The position numbers and the translations under genes are program-made. The notes under the pieces are model-generated. The model saw only the letters and a list, made by a program, of their open reading frames with translations. It had not been told where the DNA came from and ran no database searches. This document shows, piece after piece, positions 15,140 through 29,169 of a stretch of DNA of 64,000 nucleotides (positions within the stretch are counted from its first letter, which is position 1; the number at the start of each line of letters is the position of its first letter). Source of the DNA: Laetmonice hystrix. Its lineage: Eukaryota. Location of the stretch: NCBI GenBank assembly GCA_965235115.1, contig OZ249441.1, forward strand, positions 12,152,001 to 12,216,000. Reading direction: 5' to 3'.

Positions 15140-15213
15140 TTAATAGATAAGTCCTTGATTTCACGTTCAGTCTTTTTGCTATAGGTAAAATATATTTATA
15201 GTTTTCTTCTATA

Positions 15214-15785
15214 CCGTATTGACGCACTTTTATGCGCATGCGCCTATATGGGAGCATGCGCCTGGGGTGCGCCTAATATGTAAATATCGGGGGTGTGCTT
15301 GTACCCCGATATAGGCGCATGCGCCTATATCCGGGGCACTTTCTAATGTCCATCGTGAAAACTAATATTCACAAATATAGGCGCACCACCTGCTTAGGTG
15401 CGCCTATATGTGAATATAGGCGCACCAACGTGCGTGTGTGCGCCAATATTACATAAAGGCGCATGCGCCTGTATGTGAGACAGTTTCTAATTTCCCGCGT
15501 TTCTATTATTCAGATATAGGCGCACCCACGTACGTGAATGGACGTAGCCTGCATGGGCCCATGTTTTTCACTCGAAGGACTGTCGGTGGCAGTATTGCAC
15601 TCTACCATTAGGGGTGTGCATGGCCGCCTATATATGTGAATATTGGGGTGCGCCGATATGTGAATATTGGGGGTGTGCTTATATCCGGATATAGGTGCAT
15701 GCGCCTATTTTTGATTTTGAAATATCCTCAAAAAAACGCAAAAATCCTCTTATACGCGCACGCGCCTAAAAGTGCGTCAATACGG
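15214..15785. mobile_element. Tc1/mariner-superfamily (Tc2-like) MITE, 572 bp
   Basis: Terminal inverted repeat CCGTATTGACGCACTTTTA / TAAAAGTGCGTCAATACGG is perfect and extends with two mismatches to about 30 bp. TA duplication at 15212-15213 and 15786-15787. Interior is made of short sub-repeats with no ORF. CCGTA termini suggest Tc2-like elements (from memory). Confidence 0.85.
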
Positions 15786-15951
15786 TAAATGGTTGGTTAT
15801 CTAACTACCCGTGTATCTGTCCCACATAGTTCATGGTTCTCTAAAACTTGATTCTGACAATTTTTGGTCGCTTTCGTTTCGTTGTAAATAAATCATTTCA
15901 CGGATTTGCTAGTGTTGTGTGCCAGTGTTATTCCTCCTGCCTGACCTTGTG

Positions 15952-15997
15952 CCCCCACGGAACCCTCACGGAACCCCCACGGAACCCTCACGGAACC
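15952..15997. repeat. 11-bp tandem repeat, 4 copies
   Basis: Alternating CCCCCACGGAA and CCCTCACGGAA. Confidence 0.9.
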
Positions 15998-18900
15998 ATC
16001 TCGAGTTATCTCTCCGTGAAGCCGACACCCCTCCGTGTCCTGTGATTCCAGCCCTCCACCATCCTCTAACCCACCCCTCCTCCCTGCCCCGTCCTTGAGG
16101 GGTGATGAATGGACCGGCTGATCTGCCAACATGGGCAGTCCGCATGTAGAACAGCATGTCGGAACCAATTTCTCGTAGACACACGTGGTGGTCAATGGCC
16201 CTTACAAAGTCCCCATTCTCAGGTCAGCTTCGACAGGGCACAGGCAACAGGTCGTTCCGCGACCCGCCGCCAGCAGAAAGGGCACCGGGGCCGGGCAGGC
16301 AGGGGTCGTAACCATAGGGGCAGATCTGGCGGAGGTGTGGACGCCGAGGGCGCATGGACACCTTCGTTTCGCTGACCTCTCACCCCGAACTCCTCACAAA
16401 GCCTATCAGTGTCTTCACTTGGGGTCAGTGGTTGTCTTACCTGAACCCCGGCTGGTGTCACCGGTGACACGGTCACACCCCACCGCTGGGGTGACTCCAG
16501 TCACCCTCCACAGTCCATTGGGGGTGAAAAATACCTGGCGGGCGCGAAAACCACAGATGACAATCTCAAAACATGTGTTTGCTTTTAGACTGAATATAAT
16601 TCAAAGCAACGATACCGATTTCACAGATATATATATTTCGCAGGTGAGTAACCTAGGAATATGTCACATCTGTTGGTCACATATCTCTGGCCTTACCTAC
16701 TCAAAATAATAAACTAATAAAATATTTTCTATCGCCCATTAGAATTACCTGAAAAAAAACCTATTTCGCTAATTGCTAGAAGTGATAAATCAAAACAAGC
16801 TTTTTAGGAGTTAAAATATGAAAAGGTCCCGAGAACACACAGTGCCATGTCGCCTATAACTGTGTACTTGTAATGTAGATGTAAATTTATTTATTAAGAG
16901 AATGAAAATCCTGGCTGATTAAGAAACATTAAGTTTTGAAGAAAACTTCTGGAGTTTGTATTGTGATGAAGTAGAGTCACACCAAAGTTCAGACGTTTAT
17001 TACTTTATTCACCCGTTGACATTTTGTTGATACCGGTAACCCTGCCATCCTGAGACGGCCGTGGTAGGTCGGTAAGATTCATGCTCACCCTCACCGCTCC
17101 CCATCTCCTGCCGCCGTAAAGCTGACCACCACCATCCGTATCTTTCAACAGCTGAGCAATCTTACCGCATCTTATCATCCACCAGGTGACACCACTTCCA
17201 CTAAATCAACCCAGAAAACGAGCCAGCCTCTCAACCTAACCACTATCCACGAACAGAAGACGTTTCCCCCCTATTATTCAGGTATTAATACCTTACAACC
17301 CCCCCCCCCCCCGACTACTTCATGATATATGAGACCTGGAAGCTCGGTGAAAAAAGAGGTTTGTGTGTCTATGTGCGTCATTTCTTGCCGTAGCTCAGGA
17401 AAATCACTTAACCTTAAAGTCTCACAAAGGGAGAGCGATCTCTGCCCCCGTTAATTAAATACCATGACCCGGGTTCAGCCGGCTTCTTCCGCCCCTCACG
17501 GCGCATCTACACTGAGATCCAGGTCGACCTGCACAATACATCTCTGACGGATGCAGGTGAGGCATGCACCCGCAGGTCAGCCTGCAAAAACGGCAGCAGT
17601 AGAGCACTGGCTGTCGGCAATCTCTGCTTTTAATTTTTCTTTCCTTGGTCCTTCAATCTGAGAGCCGGAAAGTAAAATGACAAGCGTAAATTATGCCTCG
17701 TTTTCTATTATGTAACGGGTGTTGAGTTACATCTTATTACAGGGAAGCGAGTGAAAAAGATACTGGTTGCAATGTTCGTATCAGACTGGAGAGGGCCTTT
17801 TAATGGGTGTGAATAACACTTGTCTGTGTACTTTGAGTGGGAAACGTGAGTCAGGGTGTGCTCAACTTGATCCTATCAGTATCAAACGTCTGAAGAAAAT
17901 GTTTCTGCTGTTATACAAGTGTTATGAATACAGATCTACCTATGGATCATAGTAATTATGTGAGGCCCGAGCTGTGGAGTATAACTTAAGCACAATGGTC
18001 TATTTATTTAGAGCCCTGTTTTCCATCAAACAGTAAATACCATACCATACCATACCGTAGGTGCTTTAGCTGCCATGTGTTTACAACACTAGAGAAGCCA
18101 GCACAGCCATCTGGTCTGTCTGTCTTGACTTGTCCTCATTCCACTTAACTCAAAGCCGTATAAATGGAGTTCTTTCTAAAAGAGAATAAAAATGCTCAAA
18201 CTCAAGTCTAATGTGCGTTGCATCTACGTGCACGCAGTTAGACGTCGGACTGTAGAAGTTTAGGTAATTTGAGCAAAGTGATAAAACAAACTAGATTTCT
18301 TTTTGCCTTCGGACCTTCTTGCCAGTCAAAAGAATATGGTCTTCTTGAGAAAGCGGCTTTGCCTTGGGACTAAATGTATGTATACAATAGAAGAGACCGG
18401 TGCTATTTTTATCAGGATTTATACCTGAAGTGTCTGGATATGGTCAGCTTTTAAATACAGAGTGACATGTCCTGATAGCTGTAAAATGTTCACTCCAGAT
18501 GGAAATAACATAACGTAAGATAAGACAGAAACTATATACACAAACGTCGAAGCCAAAGGCCCAGTACAGTCTTTAAGTAGAACCTTAATCCCTCTCACTG
18601 ACTTCTTAATCCATGTTTGTACTGTGTCGGGCACCCTGCTTCAGGCTTTTGTCATTACCCCACACCCCTGACAACTGTTCACTACCCCAGGGTAAATAGT
18701 TATACGAGTACTCGTACAGAGTACCTACCCTAAATGTTACAGCCAATAATGACAATTCTTAGGGACACGATTACATAATGTGCCGTGGTAAATGATAAGA
18801 GCAGCCATTAGAAGTGAAATAAACAATGAGGACTATTCACTGCGGCAGAAAGTGTATTCAAATGGATTACAACCAGAGATAGCAATAGGCAAAAGTTAAT

Positions 18901-21900
18901 CCAAACGCCATTACTGTTAATCTGGCCTTGATTATATCTCAGTGCTAATTCAGTGTGGCTGGATTTGAACGTGGTTGCTGAGAACATGTGAGAGTTGCGC
19001 GGGATATAGTCTGTCCTCAATTAACATTGCCATCACAAACATTTCCAGCTCTGCAGGTTCACTTCCAAATATCACGCAACATTTTCTATAAATGCCAAAC
19101 ACATTTTTAACTTTGTTGGAAGTAAACACAAAGTTCCACCATCATGTTTTTCAGTATGGGTTTCCCATTCCTTTTCTCGCCTTGCTAACATTATTCATAC
19201 CGAACACATACTAAATTAGTTTCTGAGCGTTTGTAATGTTTTCTGAAACGTTAAAACTTAAATATCACTTGATAAAATGTTGGCTTTAATCTGAAAACTC
19301 TGTTAGTAGAAAAGCATTTTTTCCACACCATTTTCAAGTTTCAACACTTTAAACATAAAAATACTGATGTTATTCTTTGAGAGGTGGCATTCCGAGGCCT
19401 GTGGAGGTGTGTTCCACAAAGGGCCCAGTAATGGCCGACATTTGCCCTCGGTCGTTGAACGGGTTTGATGACACGTTCACGTCTTGTACCTGATCAGCTA
19501 CACACAATGATGTTTTCAGTGTAACTTTAATATAACATTCAACCATTTTTTACCCACAGATCCTTCAGGGGTTGGTATTGATGTCTGAACTCTCTTTTTG
19601 TCATGCAAACAGAACTACTTTATTTAAAGTAATCCGCGTGGCATGCGTGCGTGGTTTTCTGAACTCTGAAGCCCTTTATATTTCGCCAACTCCAACTACT
19701 GGAAATGGTGTATCGTTTTAAAAAAAGTGGTGATTACAACAATTCGTTAAGTTTTAGGGCCTTTAGACAGTCATAAGTGTAGCAGGTGATCGCGAAGTTA
19801 TCTCAATGTGACAAGTGTGCCTTTAAACAGGATATCAAAACAACGTTTGTAAGTACATTTGTTGTATCCATGGGTGTTGGAACTAGGCACTAAATAAAAA
19901 GACAATTTACCATAATCTACTCATATCAAACTTCTGTGATATTCAGCTCGCTTCAGTTCAGTAATATTTGGAGCAGCGAGATAAGTGATTTGGTAGACTC
20001 CAGGCACGTGTTCCATCACAATTCATCTGAACGTTTTGAACAGATCATGATACAAACGAATATCTCTTTGAGATGTCTTTAAACGATTCAACGTTACTTT
20101 TGACCAAGCCCTGATTTTAGTTACCCATTTAGCGTTTCATAGCTAGATGAGGCCAGTAGACTGACATAGGGTCAAAGGTCGTTGTCCACGTCCAGAGTGC
20201 TCCCACAATGGCCTATAATTGTGTGATGATCCCGAGATCAACAGGGCAGTGCACGTCACTCAACTGACCGACTTGGCCATAAACAACTCCTGAAGATCAG
20301 AGACCTTGCACCAGAACCCAAACTGAACTGCTCTGTGTATACCAATTCTGCGTATACCATTTCCTTGTTCTCCCCCATTATTCTGACAGACAGGATGCAT
20401 TGTGACCAGGATAACTTAATGATCACACTGGCCCACATGTGTCTCTATAGCACATCCCACAATCTTTTCTGCTGGGGCCTGAAAAATATGCCAGACTCTG
20501 TCGCACTAGCTACATACTGACCTCAATTTTTCAAAAGCCTGAAACAGCTGCTGACTTGCTTACTTCTAGGAGCTAATATTAAAGAGGCCAATGAACTAAC
20601 TGATCCCAACAACAGACAAGATCACTGGAAAAACCACCAAACCCACCTAAATTAAATGCTTAACCCTACCACTTGTAGAATTTCAATCTTGAGCAACCCC
20701 GTTTCCGACGAACAAACATGAATGTTCCACGTTACAAGGAACATAATATTATAAGACTTCGACATCGTGCCAAGCTTCTATTTACCTAGACTTGAGATGT
20801 CCCGACCATCTCAATTCCATTCAGGACGCGTCCAAGTTTTTTTTCTCCAGTGTTCATAATTTCCATTAACTCTGTCACACAGCCAAACATGCAATTACTG
20901 CCTATTGTTTCACAACCTGTCACTGGACCTGTCTGTACTTGGTGGCAACCCGCCCTTGGGCCTCAACGGAATATAAACACTGACTCCAGTTTAATACTGC
21001 CAGGCTGCAGTTAAATACCACAGATATGGGCGCTGAGATACTGGTAGGATAGATACACATGCTTCACACCACGCTCGACGCATGGGGTAAAACTAGTCAC
21101 CCCGTTTCTTCTCGAGGGCCCTATTTTGCCACCCCGACAGAAGCCAGGCTTGACACTGGCAAGATACACTGCAGAGATAAGATACGGGTAAAACCTTATG
21201 GAGAGACCAGTATATCGGAATGGGCCATGCGACCGAGGTCAACATGGCCAGGGGTGTGTGGTAGGGTTTCGGTGACGGGTCAACGGGAAATGTTCCCCAC
21301 CTGCGAGGGTCACTGTGTGTGTGTGACCTGTCATGGTCACTGACGACAGGTACTCAGGTAGGTCTGTGGACCCGCAGGTAATCAGGAGGGTCGATCATCA
21401 CCCCACCCCCCTCCCAGATCGTCTACTGGACCATAGGTGCTCTCATCCCATTCTGAAGGTTCTTGCGAACCTCTCAGCTTACGTTTGTAGACACACATGT
21501 ATTCATCCATGTTCAGTCTCGAGCCGGGAGCTGTAGGCCAAGGCGATGTGTCCTTTTTTAAGACTCTAAACAGCTACATGTGTCTTGGTCTTTTTAACAC
21601 TGTCGTCCATAGAATGGAAACAAGAAATATTAGAACCCTGTCACAGTTAACCGTCTGTAGCTCTGTTCCGTAGTCTTTTTTTCTTTTGCTTTGTTTAAAA
21701 TTTAAGTGACATGGACACTAATGCATAAAAAGTAAGAAACATCTTGGTTACGTCTTTACTGTGAAATACACACCAATTTTTCCCCACCTCACAAAAAAAT
21801 TCGAGTTTCTAGCAACATGAAACCTTTACATAGTAAAGAAGTTGTTTGAAACATGAATAACGATAATAAACCAAGTCAATTATCATGACACCTAGGATCT

Positions 21901-24900
21901 TGATATCTTCTTGTTGTTCACACACCAAGCATTTCATGGGGAAATCTGAATAAACAACGCCATGAATTTACACAAGTGCTGAATGATGTCAGATTTCTGC
22001 ATTAAATAAAAAAAACACCGCCTCAAGTTTCAGTCCAGCCCGTAAAGCCACCCTCCAGCCCCAGCCGATTCGGCGGATGTCACCGGTAGGTGGTCTACCA
22101 TATCGGCGGGCCTGACACCCTCTCTCCACGGCCGGGACAACTTCACCAACTCGGACACTGACGCCACAAACTTCCCCGACCTTCCCAACCACACCGACAA
22201 CCCGCTGCTGACCATGGATCGCATGTCATCACCAACTCCTGTTAACATCTGTCACTCAAACCGCAGACAATACAAACGACGACCTGCCCAATTTCACGTC
22301 GCACTTTCCAGGCACACATTATAAGGAGGAGCGGTCTGTACATGTGCGTGTATGGTTTATATATTATGGCTAACAAATAACATAAGAGAATGGGCCTGGT
22401 GGAGCGGCAGCTTGAGTGAGTCATACTGGACACAGTCAACATTCTGACCAGATCCGTCTCTGCTTTTCGTCATGAATATCTATTTTGCACTCATCTAAGG
22501 GATGCTACATGACCAAGGCATCTATGTCAGGATGTCATGTGACCCTACAGAGGAACGTCACTTGTGTCGATGAGTCAATGGAATCAGAGGCATGATAACG
22601 TAAGACTGTCTGACTAAGAATTGTTACAGCTATATAAACATAAAATAATTTACAAAACAATCCGTTTCGTGTCAGGAAAACGTTACATCAGATACAGACA
22701 CCAATTAAGTCTGGCTTCGAAAGAAATTCAGGTTATTGCGGTTCTAATGCGGAAACAGCCATAAAGAGGTCTACTTTAACTTTTGCGTAACATAGACTAA
22801 TGTTACCGCATAATCTGCTTTAGAAAATCTACATTCAAAAGATGCCTGCTCTGATTTAAATATTCTTGGCAGCATGCTCCAGTCCGAGTCACACTAAGCC
22901 AGAGATGCCATGAAAGGTGCATCAGTTCACGTTGTTTTCAGTCATGCCAACTCGAGCGCTGACCCGTCAAGAGATCACGGCTTGCATTGTAACATAGCAT
23001 TGTGTTACAAATTGACCGCCTGGCCCTTCTGGCCACTATCAGCGGAATTCCTGTGCTGTAACTTGGTAATTGTTAATCACACCTGTGTATGGTATGAGAT
23101 GATCCTTATGTAACACCTGCCCTGCCCACCTACCAGAGGTAGCATGCCAAGTTACGGCCCATCCCCCAGCTCGCCCCCCTCCGAGTCCCTACAACCACCG
23201 GCCCAGGGCTGAGGTGGCGTAATATAACCCTGTCTCATCACCTCTCGCTCCCTCCCTCCCATCTGCCAGGCCCAACAAAGCGACAATTGACCCCATTGGG
23301 GTGTCTGTTTCAGGTAGTAATAGGCACCTTCCTCAGCATCTGTTGCCTAAATTTGAAAGCACTTAATGCCTCTGGCATGTCTACAATTACTATGGTTTGT
23401 CCAAACTTATACCTGCACCATTTAAAGGTGACCATTATTTTTCAGTATCTTGAGTCGCATTCAGGTAACCTTTATCGGATGGACTTTAAGACTTTCCCTG
23501 TTTATGATACCTAATTTCATTTGGTAAAGTTCCTTGATTCCCGAAGTCAGTCATATCAGTACAAAAGGGCAGTGCGTATCCAATAACACATCGGTCGTGA
23601 GGCATGCGATGAATATGAGCACAGGGGAAAACTAAAACTTCTTTAATGCATTTTCATGACAAATTCTTTGATGATGGCACCGTTATTTAGGCAATGTTAT
23701 CTGTCTCGCCTTTGGGACTTTTCAGGCTTAGTCTGAAACACACTTCTGAAAATAATAAGCTTTTTAAAGTTATTATTTTCGTCTCTTTTGTTATTATAAG
23801 ATGTCATTTTTACCTATTTTTCAAATGTGTTAAAGCGATGTTCATTTTTTGTTTTTCATTCAAAATATTAGCCGCCCATTTTTGCGAAATCACAACCACG
23901 TACAATATGTGCGAAGCCCTCATCTTCTACCACCGAAAATCAATCTGTTCCCGTCTGTTGCTACACAATGTGGACGTCATATTGTAAACGGCTGGCAGAT
24001 TGGTCGATTTCTGGCCAGCCGTGACGTGTTATCTCGATGGTTCTTGCCCGTTTTGTATGGAAGCCAAAACCAGGGCATCGAAGCAGGTGATAGTATTGCT
24101 TTCAAAGACACAAAAAGCACTCAATGACTTAGGCGTATTGTGTGCACAGAGTTCCATTTACGTGTGAATAATAATACAAAACTTACGACGTGATTCCCCC
24201 CAGTAATCTGTGTACCGATACCCTTCTATGCAATCCCTGTGAATAGGAAGGCAAACCCCAGACAATAATGGCAATAATGACATCTACAAGCCGGCCAAAG
24301 GTCCACTGGTTGCCAGTGTTAGCAGTTTTCATGTGAATATGTAATTGGGAGTTGCAGGAGCCGGGCAGACAGCAATGTTTCCCTGCGGGCAGCAGGGCGG
24401 ATGAGGTCTGTAAACATTCCATGCAGGCACGCGCCAGCCTCTGTTTTGTTTCAGTTGTCGCGTTCACCTCGAGGTCAGGACTTTTCTAGGTCCGGGTCAT
24501 GTGACCTTATCTTTTCCTCCGGAGGGCTGTGCGGGCTCCACGTGGTGCGTCTTCAGCTCCAGACAAGTCGCAGAACAAAGCCAGCTCCGCACCTTGCCAG
24601 CTGCTGGCGAGCTTCAGGCCCGTTTCACTCGCACTGTCCCGTGCTAAAGATGAATTAAAGATGCGTTTATAATTGTCATTGTGAGAGTCTGCTGGTAGAG
24701 TGAGTTGGGTTTGAAGGGCGTGCATGACTTGTAGACGCCGTGAAGTGTGGCGGGTTGGCCGGAGGGCCAGGTGGGGAGGACGGGAAGCAGGGTCCCCACG
24801 GCGCCACGAGCTGACAGGACGAGACGGCCCATGGTGGGACACCTGCTGGCCGACTGGCGACAGACACACCGGGAGAGCCGGGCACCCCGACCGCGCTCCC

Positions 24901-27900
24901 TCCCCACCAACCCGCAGTCACTACGGTGTTACCCCACCAGGGTCAGGCAGGCCAGCAATAATTTACTTTTACTAGCTCATCAGATGTCTCTCATCCTATT
25001 TCCTATTAAATCTACTCCTTCATATCTGACTAATGGGCACAATTCAGTTAGGCCAAGGGAGGCAAAGAATTTTTTACGTGTACACACCAAAGTATCCTTT
25101 GTATTTTTATGTCACTTTAAATTTTTGGGCCGTCTCCTGCTCTATTTCTTCAGGTGGAAGTTAACATCACAATTTCAATGTTACAGACAGAAACTTAATC
25201 TTAGTACTTGATACGGGTCCTTTTAGAAACGGCATACGGGGGTAGTGAATTCCACAACGTAATAAACAACTATGGGCCTTGTCAGATAAAATGTCTTCCA
25301 TTATCTCGGGTTCTGTCATGGATATTAACACGAACATGTCTTCATGGCGTCACGATTTCTTTTCATAAATGCCTCCCATAGAACGCCGCTGACCTCAGGT
25401 CGAACTGAAGCAGTTATCTTGGTGCCTGTAGTAAGCTGTAGACTCTAAGATGAAATACAGAAAACCTTGTATGCAAGGCCTGTTAAATACCCCAGTACAG
25501 TACAAGGACATTAGAAAGACTATAAATTGAACATCTCCAGCCCATTTATTCATGACGTGTAGCCTACAATATGTGGTGTTATGATAGGGTTGCGATCGAT
25601 TTCTCCTCAGTCCGTAAAGCAGTGCATGAATGCCTGCACGAAACGCTAATTGTGTATGCTGAAAGGATACAGGTTCTCCTTTGATGAAACGCGAGCCTTA
25701 CGACTATAACAATGACGGTTCTGACCATCACACCATTCAGGTTTGTCCGTTATGACGTGAGCTCCAAATTAAGGAAGCTGTATTCTACCACAATGGTCTG
25801 TTCATCCCGCAAGTATCCAACTGGTACCCGTTTACACCTATACACGCTACCTGACACCCATATCATATATCAGGGATGCGTACGAACATCCTCATCTATG
25901 GCTGCACTATACAACACATGCCCCAGGCTGCACGGCATATTGTAGGCAGACGGTGATCATCGATATGAGCAAAGCTTGCCTGCGGTACCGCGCCGTCCCT
26001 TTGATTGTGCCACACCTTACCTGGATCCAGGTGTCAGTACGGTCGACATTTACCAGCGTCGCCGACCATGAGACCACTACGGAAGGCAAGCCATCACCTG
26101 GCTTACATCACCTGTTCACGCCACCATCCCACCCGCCCGCTTCAAACGGACCGACAACTCGCGTCCTTCAACCGATAACAATCTCTCTATACACCCACAT
26201 TTACCAAATATACCTTCTGGCCATAATGGGAAAATGTTTCAGTTCTACCCTGACATCTAGACGACCCGTTAAGACTTTCTACCCGCCCCTGCCGTAGTGC
26301 ATAGCTGCCTTTGTTTCTACTATTACCTGACACGACACAAGGACATATGCCATACTCGGCTAAGGTAGCTTAATGGTGCGACTATAGCTTCTGACCTGAG
26401 GGAATTGAAGATCAAAGGCACAATGATATCAAGGTGAAGACCTCTAACAGTTGTGACCTGCACCTTTCTATTATGATACGGCCTGCAAACAATGGAGCTG
26501 TTATGACCGTAGGCCGCGCACGAAAAGGTCTGCTCTGACTTTTAAATCATAGACAGTATTCTGTTGGTACTAACTTATCAGATTCTTCGAAAAGAGCGAT
26601 TCTTCATCGTAAATAATAAACAATACTCACTACCTCGCCTCACCACGAAAAAAAACCATTGTGTACAAAATGCAATGGTAAAACAGGTATAGAATTACTC
26701 CTTATATTAAATCAGGACAGAAGCAAACAACTCTGGAGTGAGATAACTGTTCTGATAAATGATAAACACTGTCTAAAACCAAAGTTGGCGCCATGAAATA
26801 CGGTTATTGGCAATAAGTGAAACAACGTGTATTATATTCAAAATATCCAGTGGCAATTTCCTTGAATATTAAACACAACTCCTAGATCTGACAATGCGGT
26901 AAGTCGTGGTGGATATGGTGAAAAAGCAACTCTGGTGAAACAGAATCTCGTTTCAATAACAATAACACCGACAAAGAGTAAAGTGGAACCATTATCAGAA
27001 ATAAGTCAATTGCATCGGGTTCTACAGCAAAACGGATACGAGACACCTTCCTTCAATGCCCCAGACGAAGAAGTGAACTTAATTGAGGAGTTCTAACTTA
27101 AATTTCTACCTACTTCCCAAAGATGAGAAATCAAAGGATGAGGCTTGGCGCATTTTTTGTGTGATGGGCTTTGATGTTTGCCTTTTCGTTGTACCAGTGA
27201 CATTTGGCAGCTGCATTTAACAGCTAGAACAAATATTTTGAGAGGTCGCTGAAAAGTTCAGTAAAACTCCCACCGTTCTTGTGATAATTACATTAAAACT
27301 ACATGAGATCTGACATAGAGCGTGAATTCTGTCGACCTCATCTGATTAAAAACTCTACTCTTATGGCAACTCCATTATCCATCAATACTTAAAGAGGTAC
27401 TGCAAGAAAATAGGTTACTAGTACATTAAACTTGCCTCCGAAAACAAATTAAAGGAATATTGAAATGGTATTGTTTTCAATACAAATAATTTGAAAGATA
27501 AACTGCTAGTATAAAACTGTGTGCATCTATTTTCTCTTGTGTTTCTCAAAAGTACTTGTGTGTGGTCTCAACTCAAAAATTACGTTCCTTAATTGATATG
27601 CATCCAGCCTACATGTATGCTCACCATAGAAACACTCAATTAAGGCGGCGACATTTACATGGGCTGCTGGTGTGAATTGACAGCATGAATACGACATCAG
27701 TAGGTATGGAGAGACGGGTTGGTGTGGGATGGGCGGGCACTTGCAGCCTCTGACTCCCCGTATTGTCCACCGAGTATCTGATACAATACCAGGAGAAAAA
27801 GACGTATCTGAAAGCGGTGCGTTACACGCTGCATGGATGGCGCTATGGAGCGGCGGGTTGACAGGGCCTGGCTCCGGCAGCTGGTATCCTGACAGACATG

Positions 27901-29169
27901 ACATTGTCGGTGGTAAACACATAGGAAGTAATCCCTCACCGCCTTGGCATCATCACAATGCCTCCGTAATGGATTATTGTCCACTGCCACCTAATGCTGT
28001 CCAAGGATATGTAAAATGTATAATGGAATGCTTCAGTGGAAGCGATGTTTCCTCTCAATGTTTAAACTGCTTAAGACTGGTGGTAGCCGGGTCCTACTTT
28101 GGTATAATTCTTGGAAAACTCTTAATGTACAACTTTACAGGAATACCTACTGAAAGCGAAGAATGGGTACCATCCAATACCTGCAAACTATCCCCATAAA
28201 CGGAATAATTAATTTTATCACATTTCAAAAACGGTTATGGGGTTTATTAAATGAAGGAATGTAGAAGAATTAATATCACTTTTGCCTGTTTTGATTATTC
28301 TGCTACAAGACAACGGCTTACTTCCCATTTCTTTTAGAACTGATATAGGCCTTAGGTATTTCCATCCTAGCTGCGACATCTATCATGTTTAACTGTCTAC
28401 CTGCCCTAATCTTGAGGCAGACGTTTAATGTAGTTGGGATATAATGTATAGCACTTAGCAGAAGAAAGGGCAAGGGAGTTCCACCTACGACTTAAAAACG
28501 GATAACGTTCTGTGCATACCCTTGGGAAAAACATAGAAACCACTGAATGTTTTGTCCACAGGACTTGGCCAAGGTTACCACACTTCTGGCCTACATGATT
28601 ATCCCCTCCGACTGCTCAGTAAACATATCCAATAACTAACTTTCAGCTGGAGTTCATCAAACCCAGATATATCTTATCCTTCCAGTTCCAATTATAATTG
28701 GGATTTAAAGGTCTTCTTGTTTATAATATCTTTGGTCAATATAACAGGGTTTCCAGATGGACAGTGATCGGCACCTGAACGATCACAGATGGGAACCTAT
28801 AGGTATACCCATTACACGTTCTATATGTCACATTCATAACGTTAACAGGCCTACTATCATTCTATAAACCCATGCACATATCCCTATTTCTGCACGGCAC
28901 AGGGTCAAACCTGATATAGGAGAAAGTCTCCTTTGGAAACCAATATTTCTTTTTTCCCCATACAACCTTCTGAACTGACCATGCATGCTGAACCCCCCCC
29001 CCCCGCCTCCTCCCTTAGAAAATTATACCCCTGAACCCCCCCCCCCCCCCTCCCCGGATAAATGGTATGAAGTCGCATGGCCAATTAGGTAGGCCCTACT
29101 TGTTAGCCCACGTGGAGTGGTGCTGGTGTTACGTAACCGGTGCGTTGCGGCCAGTGGCGGGAAACTTAC

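Noticed and set aside
23420-24120. Possible second Kolobok-like element beginning TTAAAGGTGACC
   Set aside because: No matching right TIR or TTAA duplication found.
27729-28199. 156-aa plus-strand ORF
   Set aside because: No domain or splice support; composition looks like translated non-coding DNA.
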